DNA of 64,000 bases, taken from positions 137,012 to 201,011 of the forward strand of contig MFPS01000008.1 of NCBI GenBank assembly GCA_001782825.1. The letters are read 5' to 3'. The position numbers and the translations under genes were made by a program. Within the stretch, counting starts at the first letter, position 1. Each line of letters begins with the position of its first letter. The notes beneath the pieces are model-generated. The model did no database searches and was not told the DNA's origin. It saw only the letters and a list, made by a program, of their open reading frames with translations. Of this stretch, positions 1 through 9,762 are shown piece by piece. This DNA is from Candidatus Magasanikbacteria bacterium RIFCSPHIGHO2_01_FULL_33_34 (lineage in GTDB: Bacteria; Patescibacteriota; Patescibacteriia; Magasanikbacterales; UBA922).

Positions 1-1
1 T

Positions 2-721
2 GTAAATAGCAAGTTAAATGAAGCAATTGATTTGACAAAACCACAGAAAGCTAAATTGACTTTAGTTCGCGCGGATGATTGTCCTTTGTGTGGAGATCTT
101 GTTCAATACAAAAATGTTGTTAAAGCTCAAAATGTAGAATTGTCTGATGATGTTGTTGTGGGTAGTAACAGTGAAGAAGGGAAGCAATTAATAAAAGATT
201 TAGGTTTAACTAGGCTTCCTGCCCTTGTATTTGTTACAGATGAAAATTTAAAATCAGAAATAGCCAAAACATTGGAAAAAGATTCCAGAAGAATTGGTGA
301 GAATACTATTGTTTGGGAAAAAGTATATCCGCCATATCTGGATATTCAAACTAAAAATGTTTCAGGTTTGGTTGATGTTATTTATATTACAGATAAAAGA
401 TGTGCTAATTGCTATGATCCATTACAAATTCATCGTCAAGTATTACAAAATTATGGTGTAGTAATTTCTTCTGAGAAAGTAGTAGATGTGCTTGATGCAG
501 TTGGTAATGAGTTAGTCAGTAAATACAATATAGAGCAGGTACCAACAGTACTTTTGTTTGGAACAGAAAATTATAGTACTTTTCTTAATATTTGGAGTCA
601 AGTTGGCACTATTGAAGATGATGGAATGTTAGTTTTTAGAAAACCTGAAGTATTAAATCAAACTTATAAAAATTTAATAACTGGAGTGGTTATTGAGCCA
701 TTGGTTGCAACTGAACTTTAA
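2..721 (+). CDS. Tandem thioredoxin-like (CxxC) domain protein, 5'-truncated by window edge
   Basis: Frame open from position 2 with no stop. Two similar modules LTLVRADDCPLC...LPALVF and VIYITDKRCANC...VPTVLL (CxxC plus cis-Pro-like motif). Confidence 0.6.
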   Translation, partial: VNSKLNEAIDLTKPQKAKLTLVRADDCPLCGDLVQYKNVVKAQNVELSDDVVVGSNSEEGKQLIKDLGLTRLPALVFVTDENLKSEIAKTLEKDSRRIGENTIVWEKVYPPYLDIQTKNVSGLVDVIYITDKRCANCYDPLQIHRQVLQNYGVVISSEKVVDVLDAVGNELVSKYNIEQVPTVLLFGTENYSTFLNIWSQVGTIEDDGMLVFRKPEVLNQTYKNLITGVVIEPLVATEL

Positions 722-752
722 TAGGATTACTTTTATACACATGTCAATTAAC

Positions 753-781
753 TTGAGTTTAATGTGATTTTTTGGTATAGT
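753..781 (+). promoter_or_regulatory. sigma70 promoter of copA
   Basis: TTGAGT(753-758)-17 bp-TATAGT(776-781), with extended -10 TG. Confidence 0.6.
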
Positions 782-859
782 TTTTATGTAACCTAGGGGG
801 GTGGTATTAGATAAAATTAAGTTATAAAAAGGGTAGTAAGATTAATATTAAATTAATAT

Positions 860-3082
860 ATGAATAAAAAAGCACAGTTTGATATCCATGGTATGACTTG
901 CGCTAGTTGTGTGGCGCATATTAATGGGGATTTAAACAAAAAAGAAGGTGTAAAAAGTGTTCGGGTTAATTTTGCATTGGAACAAGCAGAAGTTGAATAT
1001 GACGAAGACAAACTATCGGTTGAAGATATTGTAGCCACTGTTAAAAAAAGTGGGTACAAAGCAGTACCAAAAAGTGATGGTGGTATAATAGATAAAGGAA
1101 TGCATAGAATGTCAGATGGTACTATGATGAGCGCAGGTGATCACTCCGCGCACGTGGCTACTGAAGGTGAAAAAGCTATCAAAGAAAGATTATATAAAGT
1201 ATTAATTGCTGGAGTTTTTGGTATCATTATTTTACTACTGACCTTTGGGGTGCATGTAGAAAAGGGTGGAATTATTATGATGCTTTTGTCGCTGGGAGTA
1301 TTGTATGCCGGACGAAACTTTTTTAAAGTCGGTATACCATCATTGTTTAAGGGTAGACCAGATATGGATACTTTGGTTGCGCTCGGTGTGGGTGCAGCCT
1401 TTTTGTATTCATCTTTTATCGTCCTTTATAGACCGGGTGAGGCCGAATATTTTATGGATGTGGGCATAATTACTACTTTTATTTTGTTGGGTCGTTATCT
1501 AGAAGCACGAGCCAAAGGCAAAGCATCGGAAGCTATCAAAAAATTACTACAACTATCTGCTAAAGTCGCACATCGGGTGGGGGCAAATGGAAAAGTTGAA
1601 GATATTCCGATAGAAGAGGTAAAAATAGGGGATAAAATTAGAGTTTTACCGGGTGAAAAAGTACCAGTTGATGGGATAATAGTAGAAGGTTCGGCTACAA
1701 TTGATGAATCTATGGTAACAGGTGAAAGTATTCCAGTGGAAAAAAATATTGGAGACGCGGTAATAGGTGCAACTATTAATCAAAATCAAATTTTTGTAAT
1801 GGAAGCAAAAAAAATAGGAGCCGATACTATTTTGGCGCATATTGTGAAGTTGGTCCAAGAGGCGCAAATGTCGCGTGCGCCGATTCAAAAATTGGTGGAT
1901 ATGGTTTCCAAATATTTTGTTTGGGCGATTATTTTTATGGCTATTTTGACTTTTGGAGGTTGGTATTTTGTTGACGGCAACTTTGCTCGTTCTTTGGTTT
2001 ATATGGTGACCGTGCTTATTATTGCTTGTCCATGTGCATTGGGTTTGGCCACGCCAATTTCAATTGTGGTGGGCACAGGACGGGGTGCGAGTTTGGGAAT
2101 TTTGATTAAAAATGCCGAGAGTTTGGAAAAAATGCACAAAATTACAGCGGTAGCTTTTGATAAAACTGGTACTATCACCAAAGGCCAACCAGAAGTACAA
2201 GAGTGGGTGGATGTGGTCGGAGTTAATGATGAATTGTTGTTTGTAGCCGCTGGTCTGGAATCTCAATCTGAGCATCCTCTTGCCAAAAGTATTGTAAAAT
2301 ATAGTGAGAAGATGCAAAAAGAAGCAGTACAAGCACAATTTTCTGATGTAAAAGCAGTAACTGGTAGGGGTATTATGGGAAAATATAATAGCAAAATATA
2401 TAGAGTGGGCAGTGTGAATTTTTTGCGTGAACAAAGTGTTGAAATCAATGAGAATGGTAAAAAGATTGAAGAATATGCTAGTCGTGGCTTTACAATAATT
2501 GGATTTAGTGAGGACAATAGATTGATTGGATTTTTTGCGGTGCAAGATGGATTAAAAGAAAGTTCAACCGAAGCGATCGCAAATTTGAGAAGTCAAGGAA
2601 TCAAAACAATAATGCTGACAGGAGATAATAAAACAGTAGCTGAGGAAATTGCCAAACAAGTGGGAATAGATGAAGTACGCGCCGAAGTGATGCCAGAGGA
2701 CAAAGTAAATATTATAAAAGAATTACAAAAAAAAGGAGAATATGTGGCAATGATAGGGGATGGAATAAATGATGCTCCAGCGATTGCACAGGCACAGGTG
2801 GGGATTGCTATGGGTACTGGTACTGATGTGGCTATGGAGTCAGGCGATGTGGTATTGGTAAAAGGAGATTTGCTAAAAGCATCTGAGTCAATTGCGCTTT
2901 CAGAAGCCACTCTCAAAAACATCAAGCAAAATCTTTTTTGGGCATTTATTTACAATACTGTGGGTGTTCCAATTGCAGCGCTTGGATTTTTGAATCCAAA
3001 AATTAGCGCTGCTGCTATGGCATTTAGTAGTATATCAGTGGTCTTAAACGCGATGCGTTTGAAGAGAATAAAATTGAAATAA
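860..3082 (+). CDS. copA: Cu(I)-translocating P1B-type ATPase
   Basis: N-terminal HMA GMTCASC, TGES, CPC, DKTGT, SEHPL, GDGIND, YN and MxxSS motifs. Confidence 0.93.
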   Translation: MNKKAQFDIHGMTCASCVAHINGDLNKKEGVKSVRVNFALEQAEVEYDEDKLSVEDIVATVKKSGYKAVPKSDGGIIDKGMHRMSDGTMMSAGDHSAHVATEGEKAIKERLYKVLIAGVFGIIILLLTFGVHVEKGGIIMMLLSLGVLYAGRNFFKVGIPSLFKGRPDMDTLVALGVGAAFLYSSFIVLYRPGEAEYFMDVGIITTFILLGRYLEARAKGKASEAIKKLLQLSAKVAHRVGANGKVEDIPIEEVKIGDKIRVLPGEKVPVDGIIVEGSATIDESMVTGESIPVEKNIGDAVIGATINQNQIFVMEAKKIGADTILAHIVKLVQEAQMSRAPIQKLVDMVSKYFVWAIIFMAILTFGGWYFVDGNFARSLVYMVTVLIIACPCALGLATPISIVVGTGRGASLGILIKNAESLEKMHKITAVAFDKTGTITKGQPEVQEWVDVVGVNDELLFVAAGLESQSEHPLAKSIVKYSEKMQKEAVQAQFSDVKAVTGRGIMGKYNSKIYRVGSVNFLREQSVEINENGKKIEEYASRGFTIIGFSEDNRLIGFFAVQDGLKESSTEAIANLRSQGIKTIMLTGDNKTVAEEIAKQVGIDEVRAEVMPEDKVNIIKELQKKGEYVAMIGDGINDAPAIAQAQVGIAMGTGTDVAMESGDVVLVKGDLLKASESIALSEATLKNIKQNLFWAFIYNTVGVPIAALGFLNPKISAAAMAFSSISVVLNAMRLKRIKLK

Positions 3083-3151
3083 AATAAAATATAATATAAA
3101 TTATAGCTGTTCTTGTTTACAAACATATATACGGATAGTTCTTATATTAAA

Positions 3152-3180
3152 TTGACAATCATTTTATTTCAATATACTAT
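3152..3180 (+). promoter_or_regulatory. sigma70 promoter of uvrB
   Basis: TTGACA(3152-3157)-17 bp-TACTAT(3175-3180). Confidence 0.65.
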
Positions 3181-3214
3181 ATAGGAGCTCTTTAAGGGCA
3201 GTTTTTGTATTTAT

Positions 3215-5290
3215 ATGAATAAAAAGTTTAAATTAAAATCAGATTATAAGCCAGCCGGTGATCAGCCCAAAGCGATTAAGTCGCTTGTTTCAGGTTTTAA
3301 GAGTGGTAAAACTAGACAAACTTTGCTTGGTGTAACTGGCTCGGGAAAGACATTTACAGTAGCCAATGTGATTGAAAAACTTCAAAAACCCACTTTGGTA
3401 ATAGCACATAATAAAACTTTGGCAGCCCAGCTTTGCAATGAATTTCGGGAATTTTTTCCAGATAATGCGGTAGAATATTTTGTCAGTTATTATGATTATT
3501 ATCAACCAGAGGCATATATGCCAGGGTCAGATACCTATATAGAAAAAGAAGCGCAAATCAATGAAGAAATAGATCGTTTGCGCCATGCTTGTACTCAAGC
3601 CTTACTTACTCGTAAGGATGTGATTGTGGTGGCTTCAGTTTCTTGTATATATAATATTGGGTCGCCAACCGAGTATGAAAAAGCAGTATTGCATTTACAA
3701 TTAGGTCAAAAATTGAATCGTGGTGGTATGCTTCAACAGTTGATTGAAATGCAATTTGAAAGAACCAATAGTGATCTCAAAAGAGGCCATTTCCGTATGC
3801 GCGGAGAAGTATTTGAATTGATGCCAGTCAATGAAGAAAAAATTTATCGTTTTGAAATTTCTGATAAAATAAACAAGATAGAAATGATTGATAATGTTAC
3901 TCGTAAAATTATCAGAGAAATAAAAGATGCTTGGATTTTTCCGGCTAAACATTATGTAGCAACTGAGGAATCCAGAAAAAAAGCTTTTGAAAGTATAAAT
4001 AAAGAATTAACTGAACGCTTGAAATATTTTCAAAAAAAAGAAAAGGTTTTGGAATATGAAAGATTGAAGCGTAAAGTAAAATATGATTTGGAAATGATAA
4101 AAAATGTTGGCTATTGTAATGGAATTGAAAATTATTCTAGTCATTTTGATGGTCGAGCTGTTGGTGAACCAGCTTTTACATTGTTAGATTTTTTTGCTCA
4201 TGCTTCCAAAGATTTTTTGACTGTGATAGATGAGTCTCATGTGACAGTATCGCAAATTGGTGGAATGTATAATGGCGACAGATCTCGCAAAAGTACCCTC
4301 ATAGAACATGGTTTTCGTTTGCCTAGCGCTTTGGACAATCGACCACTCAAGTTTGATGAATTTGATAGTAGAGTCAGGCAGACTATATATGTATCAGCCA
4401 CACCAAATCAATATGAAATCAAAGAAAGTCAACAGGTAGTAGAACAAATTGTTCGTCCGACTGGTTTGGTTGATCCAGAAATAGTAATAAGGCCAATCAC
4501 AAGTTCACACAAACATACAAACATACAAACATCTAAACATAAAAATATAAAACAACAAAGTTTGTCACAAGTTGAAGATTTAATACTTAGAATAGATGAG
4601 AGAATCAAACAAGATGAAAGAGTTTTGGTAACTACCTTGACCAAAAAGATGGCCGAGGATTTGACAGATTATTTGAAAGAAAAAAAATACCAAGTAGAGT
4701 ATTTGCATAGTGATATAAAAACTTTGGAGAGAATTCAAGTGATTAATAACTTGCGTCATGGTAAAATTGATATTATTGTGGGTGTAAATTTGTTGCGTGA
4801 AGGGCTAGATATGCCGGAAGTTTCATTGGTGGCGATATTGGACGCTGATAAAGAAGGTTTTTTGCGTAGCGAGACCAGTCTCATACAAACTATTGGTCGA
4901 GCTGCTCGCAATATCAATGGTCAAGTATTATTGTATGCGGATAATATAACTGGCTCAATCAAGCGGGCGATTGATGAAACAGAGCGTCGTCGCAAAATAC
5001 AGATAGAGTACAACAAAAAACACGGTATAACCCCGCAAACCATAAAAAAACATATCAAAAATATTTTGGAAGAATTTGGTATTGATATTAATAAAAGTAA
5101 ACAAAATAATAGGACAAAGAGGACCAAAAAAATACTTGATTTAGATCTTTCTGGAGACAAAAGACCAATTGATGAGATTATAAAAGACAAAGAGAAAAAA
5201 ATGCGAGAAGCGGCTGAAAAACTGGAATTTGAATTGGCAACCATATTGCGTGATGAAATTGTGCAATTGAGTAAGAAAATTAAGAAATAA
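3215..5290 (+). CDS. uvrB: Excinuclease ABC subunit B
   Basis: GVTGSGKT, NKTLAAQL, YYDYYQPEAY beta-hairpin, DESH, LLREGLD, C-terminal UVR domain. Confidence 0.97.
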   Translation: MNKKFKLKSDYKPAGDQPKAIKSLVSGFKSGKTRQTLLGVTGSGKTFTVANVIEKLQKPTLVIAHNKTLAAQLCNEFREFFPDNAVEYFVSYYDYYQPEAYMPGSDTYIEKEAQINEEIDRLRHACTQALLTRKDVIVVASVSCIYNIGSPTEYEKAVLHLQLGQKLNRGGMLQQLIEMQFERTNSDLKRGHFRMRGEVFELMPVNEEKIYRFEISDKINKIEMIDNVTRKIIREIKDAWIFPAKHYVATEESRKKAFESINKELTERLKYFQKKEKVLEYERLKRKVKYDLEMIKNVGYCNGIENYSSHFDGRAVGEPAFTLLDFFAHASKDFLTVIDESHVTVSQIGGMYNGDRSRKSTLIEHGFRLPSALDNRPLKFDEFDSRVRQTIYVSATPNQYEIKESQQVVEQIVRPTGLVDPEIVIRPITSSHKHTNIQTSKHKNIKQQSLSQVEDLILRIDERIKQDERVLVTTLTKKMAEDLTDYLKEKKYQVEYLHSDIKTLERIQVINNLRHGKIDIIVGVNLLREGLDMPEVSLVAILDADKEGFLRSETSLIQTIGRAARNINGQVLLYADNITGSIKRAIDETERRRKIQIEYNKKHGITPQTIKKHIKNILEEFGIDINKSKQNNRTKRTKKILDLDLSGDKRPIDEIIKDKEKKMREAAEKLEFELATILRDEIVQLSKKIKK
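4508..4555 (+). repeat. Degenerate 8-bp tandem repeat (TACAAACA-like x6) inside uvrB
   Basis: CACAAACA TACAAACA TACAAACA TCTAAACA TAAAAATA TAAAACAA; 48 bp, frame preserved. Confidence 0.7.
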
Positions 5291-5309
5291 TTAGATTAAA
5301 CTATAAAAT

Positions 5310-6374
5310 ATGGAAAAAAACTTTAGACCAAAATCACAGGAGCATTTACAGGCTCAAGTTGAAGCGTTTGGTGACAAAGGTGTAAAAGAATTTTCTGATG
5401 AACAAAAAAAGTTGCTTCAGCATTCGGCTGAGCTTGCTAAAATAGATGACATAGATAATTTACCTTCGGATTTATCGCCAGAACTCGTTGAACTAATAGA
5501 ATCCAATCGTAAGAGTTATATTGAATTTTTGCGTAGAGAAAAAGGAAAGGAAATTCAGTTTAGAAAAGAAAATATTGAACACTTCAAAGAAAAATTTGAA
5601 GATACAATCAAGGCGCTGAAAGAAAAAATTGAAATAGATGGTGCAAAAGAGCAATACTTGGGTTCAGGTAGCAATGGAGACGCTTATAGAATTGAAGTTG
5701 GTGGAAAAGAATATGCCGCAAAATTTTCTCGCTTACTTACACAGGCAAATTTTGAAATAAAGCCACTTTTGCGAGCTGAGGGCATAGAACATACGGCACA
5801 ACTTGTGGCATATTCTTTTGAGCACAAGGTAGTCGTTATGGAACTGCTACCTGGAACAGATGTGACAAATTTTTTGCCTGAAAATGCTCCTGAATATTCT
5901 AATGAAGACATAGTTCAGCTTATTGAAACAGTACAAGAATTAGATCGTAATGGTATTGTAATAGATCCAAAACCGTCAAATTTTCTCTACGATAAAAAAG
6001 AAGGTTTTAGCGTACTTGATTTTCATCTAAAGGAAGCACACAAGGAGTCTTTGGCGGATTCGATTATAAGTTTAAGACTAGCATTAACTACTAGGAAATG
6101 GCCTAGGCTAGATTATAAAGCCAATGATTATGAAGAAAAATTAGCAGAACAAAACATAGAACAAAAAAAGATATATCTTCCGATGATGGTGCGATTTTTG
6201 ACAATTCTCCGAGATAAGTTTCCTGAGATACTTGAGGATTATAAACGTGCATATGCAGAAAGAGAAGCAAACCCTCGAATCAGGCAAATTCCTGTTATAG
6301 ACCGAAGATATATTCAAGTCGACCATCCAGATCTCGCTCCACATTTAGAAAAGCTAGAGAAAATGGGGTTCTAA
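5310..6374 (+). CDS. Protein-kinase-fold protein, hypothetical
   Basis: LGSGSNGDAY Gly loop, AAK lysine, VMELLPG hinge, IDPKPSN catalytic loop, VLDF. Confidence 0.65.
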   Translation: MEKNFRPKSQEHLQAQVEAFGDKGVKEFSDEQKKLLQHSAELAKIDDIDNLPSDLSPELVELIESNRKSYIEFLRREKGKEIQFRKENIEHFKEKFEDTIKALKEKIEIDGAKEQYLGSGSNGDAYRIEVGGKEYAAKFSRLLTQANFEIKPLLRAEGIEHTAQLVAYSFEHKVVVMELLPGTDVTNFLPENAPEYSNEDIVQLIETVQELDRNGIVIDPKPSNFLYDKKEGFSVLDFHLKEAHKESLADSIISLRLALTTRKWPRLDYKANDYEEKLAEQNIEQKKIYLPMMVRFLTILRDKFPEILEDYKRAYAEREANPRIRQIPVIDRRYIQVDHPDLAPHLEKLEKMGF

Positions 6375-6425
6375 AAATTGTTTTGATTTTATATTCCTCC
6401 CTTCGGTCAGAATTAAAAATATATT

Positions 6426-6935
6426 TTACTTTACTTCAAGTTTTACATCATTACTATATATTTCGCATTCTTCATTTTGCAAAGCACAGATACGGAAGTG
6501 ATATGTGCCTGATGGTACATCCACCCAAGTTGCTTCTCTGTTGCCAGAGTATTGTCTGAACCAATAGTTTAGACCATCATGGATTGGATTTTCTTCAACT
6601 GATCTTACCAAAATAAATCCTTTGTTGTCATCGGTTTGTATATCTTCAGGCAACTTCCATTCAAAGAAAACCTTTCCATTACCAAGTGATTTTCCTGAAA
6701 GATTAAAGTTTTTGTCTTTATCTGCTTCCATTATTTCTGTATTATCTTTTTCTTCCATTGCTTCTGTATTTGCTGTTTTATCATTTTCCATCATAACTTC
6801 GGAGTCTTTTACTTCTACTTGAGTTTCTTCGGTAGTTTCTGTATCATCTGTTTCTTCTATTTCTGGAGTAGATTTAAGAAAGAACCAACCTACTAGAGCT
6901 ATGACAGTAATGAGAATAATATGTTTCATTTTCAT
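6426..6935 (-). CDS. Membrane-anchored exported protein with acidic linker and C-terminal beta-sandwich (FN3-like) domain
   Basis: N-terminal hydrophobic anchor, E/T-rich linker, FEW...GTYHFRIC...YSNDV pattern. Confidence 0.55.
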   Translation of the reverse strand: MKMKHIILITVIALVGWFFLKSTPEIEETDDTETTEETQVEVKDSEVMMENDKTANTEAMEEKDNTEIMEADKDKNFNLSGKSLGNGKVFFEWKLPEDIQTDDNKGFILVRSVEENPIHDGLNYWFRQYSGNREATWVDVPSGTYHFRICALQNEECEIYSNDVKLEVK

Positions 6936-7008
6936 AGTTTTAAAAAACTTAATAATTAATTAGTAAATTTTAACATGTTTGCTAATCTGATGCAACAATT
7001 GTTTACAA

Positions 7009-7037
7009 TTGACAAAGTGGAAAAAATATAATATATT
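7009..7037 (+). promoter_or_regulatory. sigma70 promoter of uvrA
   Basis: TTGACA(7009-7014)-17 bp-TATATT(7032-7037). Confidence 0.55.
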
Positions 7038-7099
7038 AACCTAATTACTACCCCCTAAGTGAAAGGCTTTTAAGGGGGTTTTGGAGTATAAAATTAAAT

Positions 7100-9652
7100 A
7101 TGCAAGAAAAAATAAGTATAAAAGGAGCGCGTGAACACAATTTAAAGAATATCAATCTGGAATTGCCACGCAACAAAATGATAGTTTTTACTGGCTTGTC
7201 TGGTTCGGGTAAGTCTTCTTTGGCTTTTGATACTATTTTTGCTGAGGGGCAAAGAAGATATATAGAAAGTTTGTCGGCGTATGCTAGGCAATTTTTGGGT
7301 GGTATGAATAAGCCAGATGTAGACGAAATTGAAGGGTTGTCTCCAGCAATTTCTATTGATCAAAAAGCTCATCGCGCCAATCCACGCTCAACTGTCGCGA
7401 CTATTACAGAAATTTATGATTATCTGCGAGTTTTGTTTGCTCGTATTGGTCAGCCGTATTGTCCAGAATGCAATACTAAAATTGAAAAAATGACTACTGA
7501 TGAAATATATGATCGTATTGTAAAAATAGATACAAAAGGTGAGATTATATTGTTGTCTCCAGTGGTTCGTGGTCGTAAAGGTGAATATTATCAAATGCTT
7601 TATGATATGTATAATAATGGATTTTTGCATGCGAGAATTGACGGCAAAATGTACAATTTGCGTGAGCAAGTTATAATGGAAAAAAATAAAAAGCATACGA
7701 TTGAAATTGTAGTTGGTAGGTTTGATGCGGAAATGATACAGAATGTAAAAGATATTCAGGCTGAATTGGCTGAAGCAATAGAGTCTGCCGTAGATTTGTC
7801 AGATGGTTTGTGTACCGTTATATATAATAAAAATGAGGAAAAAGTCTATAGTACAGAATATTCTTGTCCAAAAGATGGCTATAGTTTTCCAGAAATTGAA
7901 CCGCGTTTATTTAGTTTCAATAGTCCTTATGGATATTGTGATTTTTGCGCTGGTTTGGGAACAGAACAATTGTTCAGTGAGATTCCTTGTCCACAATGTA
8001 ATGGTAAAAGATTGAATAATAATGCTTTGAGTGTGCGTATTGCAGACAAGAATATTTGGGAAATAACTGATTTTACTATTGGCGAAGCCAGTGATTTTTT
8101 TATCAATATAGAGGACAAATTGACTGATAAACAAAAAGAGATTTCTGGCGCAGCAATGCGTGAAATTCAAAACAGGTTACATTTTATGTTCGATGTTGGT
8201 TTGCATTATATTACTTTGAATCGTCGGGCAGGGACTTTGTCTGGTGGTGAAGCACAGCGCATCAGATTGGCTTCACAAGTAGGACAAAAACTGGTTGGCG
8301 CTCTTTATGTGCTTGATGAGCCGACTATTGGATTGCACCAGAGAGATAATGATCAGTTGGTAAAAACTTTACGAAATCTGTGTGATATCGGAAATACGAT
8401 TATTGTGGTAGAACATGATGAGGAAACAATTTTGACCAGTGATTGGGTGGTAGATATTGGTCCGGGAGCAGGTGAACATGGTGGTCAGGTTGTTTATTCT
8501 GGTAGTTTGGATAGTTTGTTGAAAAATATTGAGCCAGAAAAAAAACAATTTGAATGCGTAACTATGGGCAGTGTAAAAAAATCATTGACTGGAAAATATT
8601 TGCGTGGAGAAGAAAAAATTGAAGTGCCAATTGATAGGAAAAAAGTTGATCAGTATACCCCAAAAATAAAAATAATCGGCGCAGAAGAGCATAATTTGAA
8701 AAATATCAATGTAGAGATACCGCTCAAAAGATTGGTTTGTCTCACAGGTGTATCTGGCTCGGGCAAGTCTACTCTGATGAATAGAATTTTGTATAGAGCA
8801 ATATCCAACAAGCTCAATCATACGAAAAAGACAGTGGGTAAACACAAGGCTATAAAAGGATTGGAATATATTGATAAAATTATTAGGATCAATCAAAGTC
8901 CAATTGGACGAACACCACGATCCAATCCTGTTACTTATACCAAAGCTTATGATTTTATTCGTGAAATTTTTGCTTCTACAACAGAGGCTCGTATGAAGGG
9001 ATTCAAGGTAGGAAGGTTTAGTTTTAATCGTCCTGGTGGTCGTTGTGAGAATTGTGAAGGTAGGGGAGTATTGGAAATTGAGATGCACTTTTTGCCTAGT
9101 GTAGAGATAGTTTGTGATGTTTGTCGAGGCAAGAGATTCAATCAAGAAACTTTGGCTATCCATTATGATGGAAAAAATATTGCACAAGTTTTGGATATGA
9201 CAGTGGGCGAAGCGCGAGAATTCTTCAAAAATATTCCTGGCATAGGAGATAAATTAGATATGTTGCATGAGGTTGGTTTGGATTATTTGCGTTTGGGTCA
9301 ATCAGCGACTACTCTATCAGGCGGTGAAGCGCAAAGAATTAAGTTAAGTAAAGAATTGGCTAAGAGAAATACTACCAAAACTCTTTATCTACTGGACGAA
9401 CCAACTGTGGGATTGCATTATGCAGATGTAAAAAAATTGATTGGTGTTTTGGAACAGTTGGTTTCAAAGGGTAATACAGTGATGGTCATAGAGCATAATT
9501 TGGATGTGATCAAATGTGCTGATTGGTTGATTGATTTGGGTCCAGATGGAGGTGACAAAGGTGGTGAATTGGTTAAAGAAGGCACTCCAGAGGAAATTGC
9601 TAGACATGGTTTTAGTCAAACAGGTAAGTATTTAAAAAAATATTTGAAATAA
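7100..9652 (+). CDS. uvrA: Excinuclease ABC subunit A (compact)
   Basis: Two Walker A motifs (GLSGSGKS, GVSGSGKS), two LSGGEAQR signatures, LDEP motifs, CxxC zinc pairs. Confidence 0.97.
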   Translation: MQEKISIKGAREHNLKNINLELPRNKMIVFTGLSGSGKSSLAFDTIFAEGQRRYIESLSAYARQFLGGMNKPDVDEIEGLSPAISIDQKAHRANPRSTVATITEIYDYLRVLFARIGQPYCPECNTKIEKMTTDEIYDRIVKIDTKGEIILLSPVVRGRKGEYYQMLYDMYNNGFLHARIDGKMYNLREQVIMEKNKKHTIEIVVGRFDAEMIQNVKDIQAELAEAIESAVDLSDGLCTVIYNKNEEKVYSTEYSCPKDGYSFPEIEPRLFSFNSPYGYCDFCAGLGTEQLFSEIPCPQCNGKRLNNNALSVRIADKNIWEITDFTIGEASDFFINIEDKLTDKQKEISGAAMREIQNRLHFMFDVGLHYITLNRRAGTLSGGEAQRIRLASQVGQKLVGALYVLDEPTIGLHQRDNDQLVKTLRNLCDIGNTIIVVEHDEETILTSDWVVDIGPGAGEHGGQVVYSGSLDSLLKNIEPEKKQFECVTMGSVKKSLTGKYLRGEEKIEVPIDRKKVDQYTPKIKIIGAEEHNLKNINVEIPLKRLVCLTGVSGSGKSTLMNRILYRAISNKLNHTKKTVGKHKAIKGLEYIDKIIRINQSPIGRTPRSNPVTYTKAYDFIREIFASTTEARMKGFKVGRFSFNRPGGRCENCEGRGVLEIEMHFLPSVEIVCDVCRGKRFNQETLAIHYDGKNIAQVLDMTVGEAREFFKNIPGIGDKLDMLHEVGLDYLRLGQSATTLSGGEAQRIKLSKELAKRNTTKTLYLLDEPTVGLHYADVKKLIGVLEQLVSKGNTVMVIEHNLDVIKCADWLIDLGPDGGDKGGELVKEGTPEEIARHGFSQTGKYLKKYLK

Positions 9653-9722
9653 TGCATTAAAGAAGCTTGGTAGAATTTGTGTGATTATCATTTTTACTCA
9701 TTCTCGCATGTGGGTTCCGATA

Positions 9723-9762
9723 CAATTTAACAATATAACAATTTAACAATGAAGCAATTTAA
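9723..9762 (+). repeat. 8-bp tandem repeat (CAATTTAA-like x5) spanning the uvrC start codon
   Basis: CAATTTAA CAATATAA CAATTTAA CAATGAAG CAATTTAA. Confidence 0.75.

Noticed and set aside
4508-9762. Short tandem repeats as CRISPR arrays
   Set aside because: 8-bp units without spacers and no cas genes.
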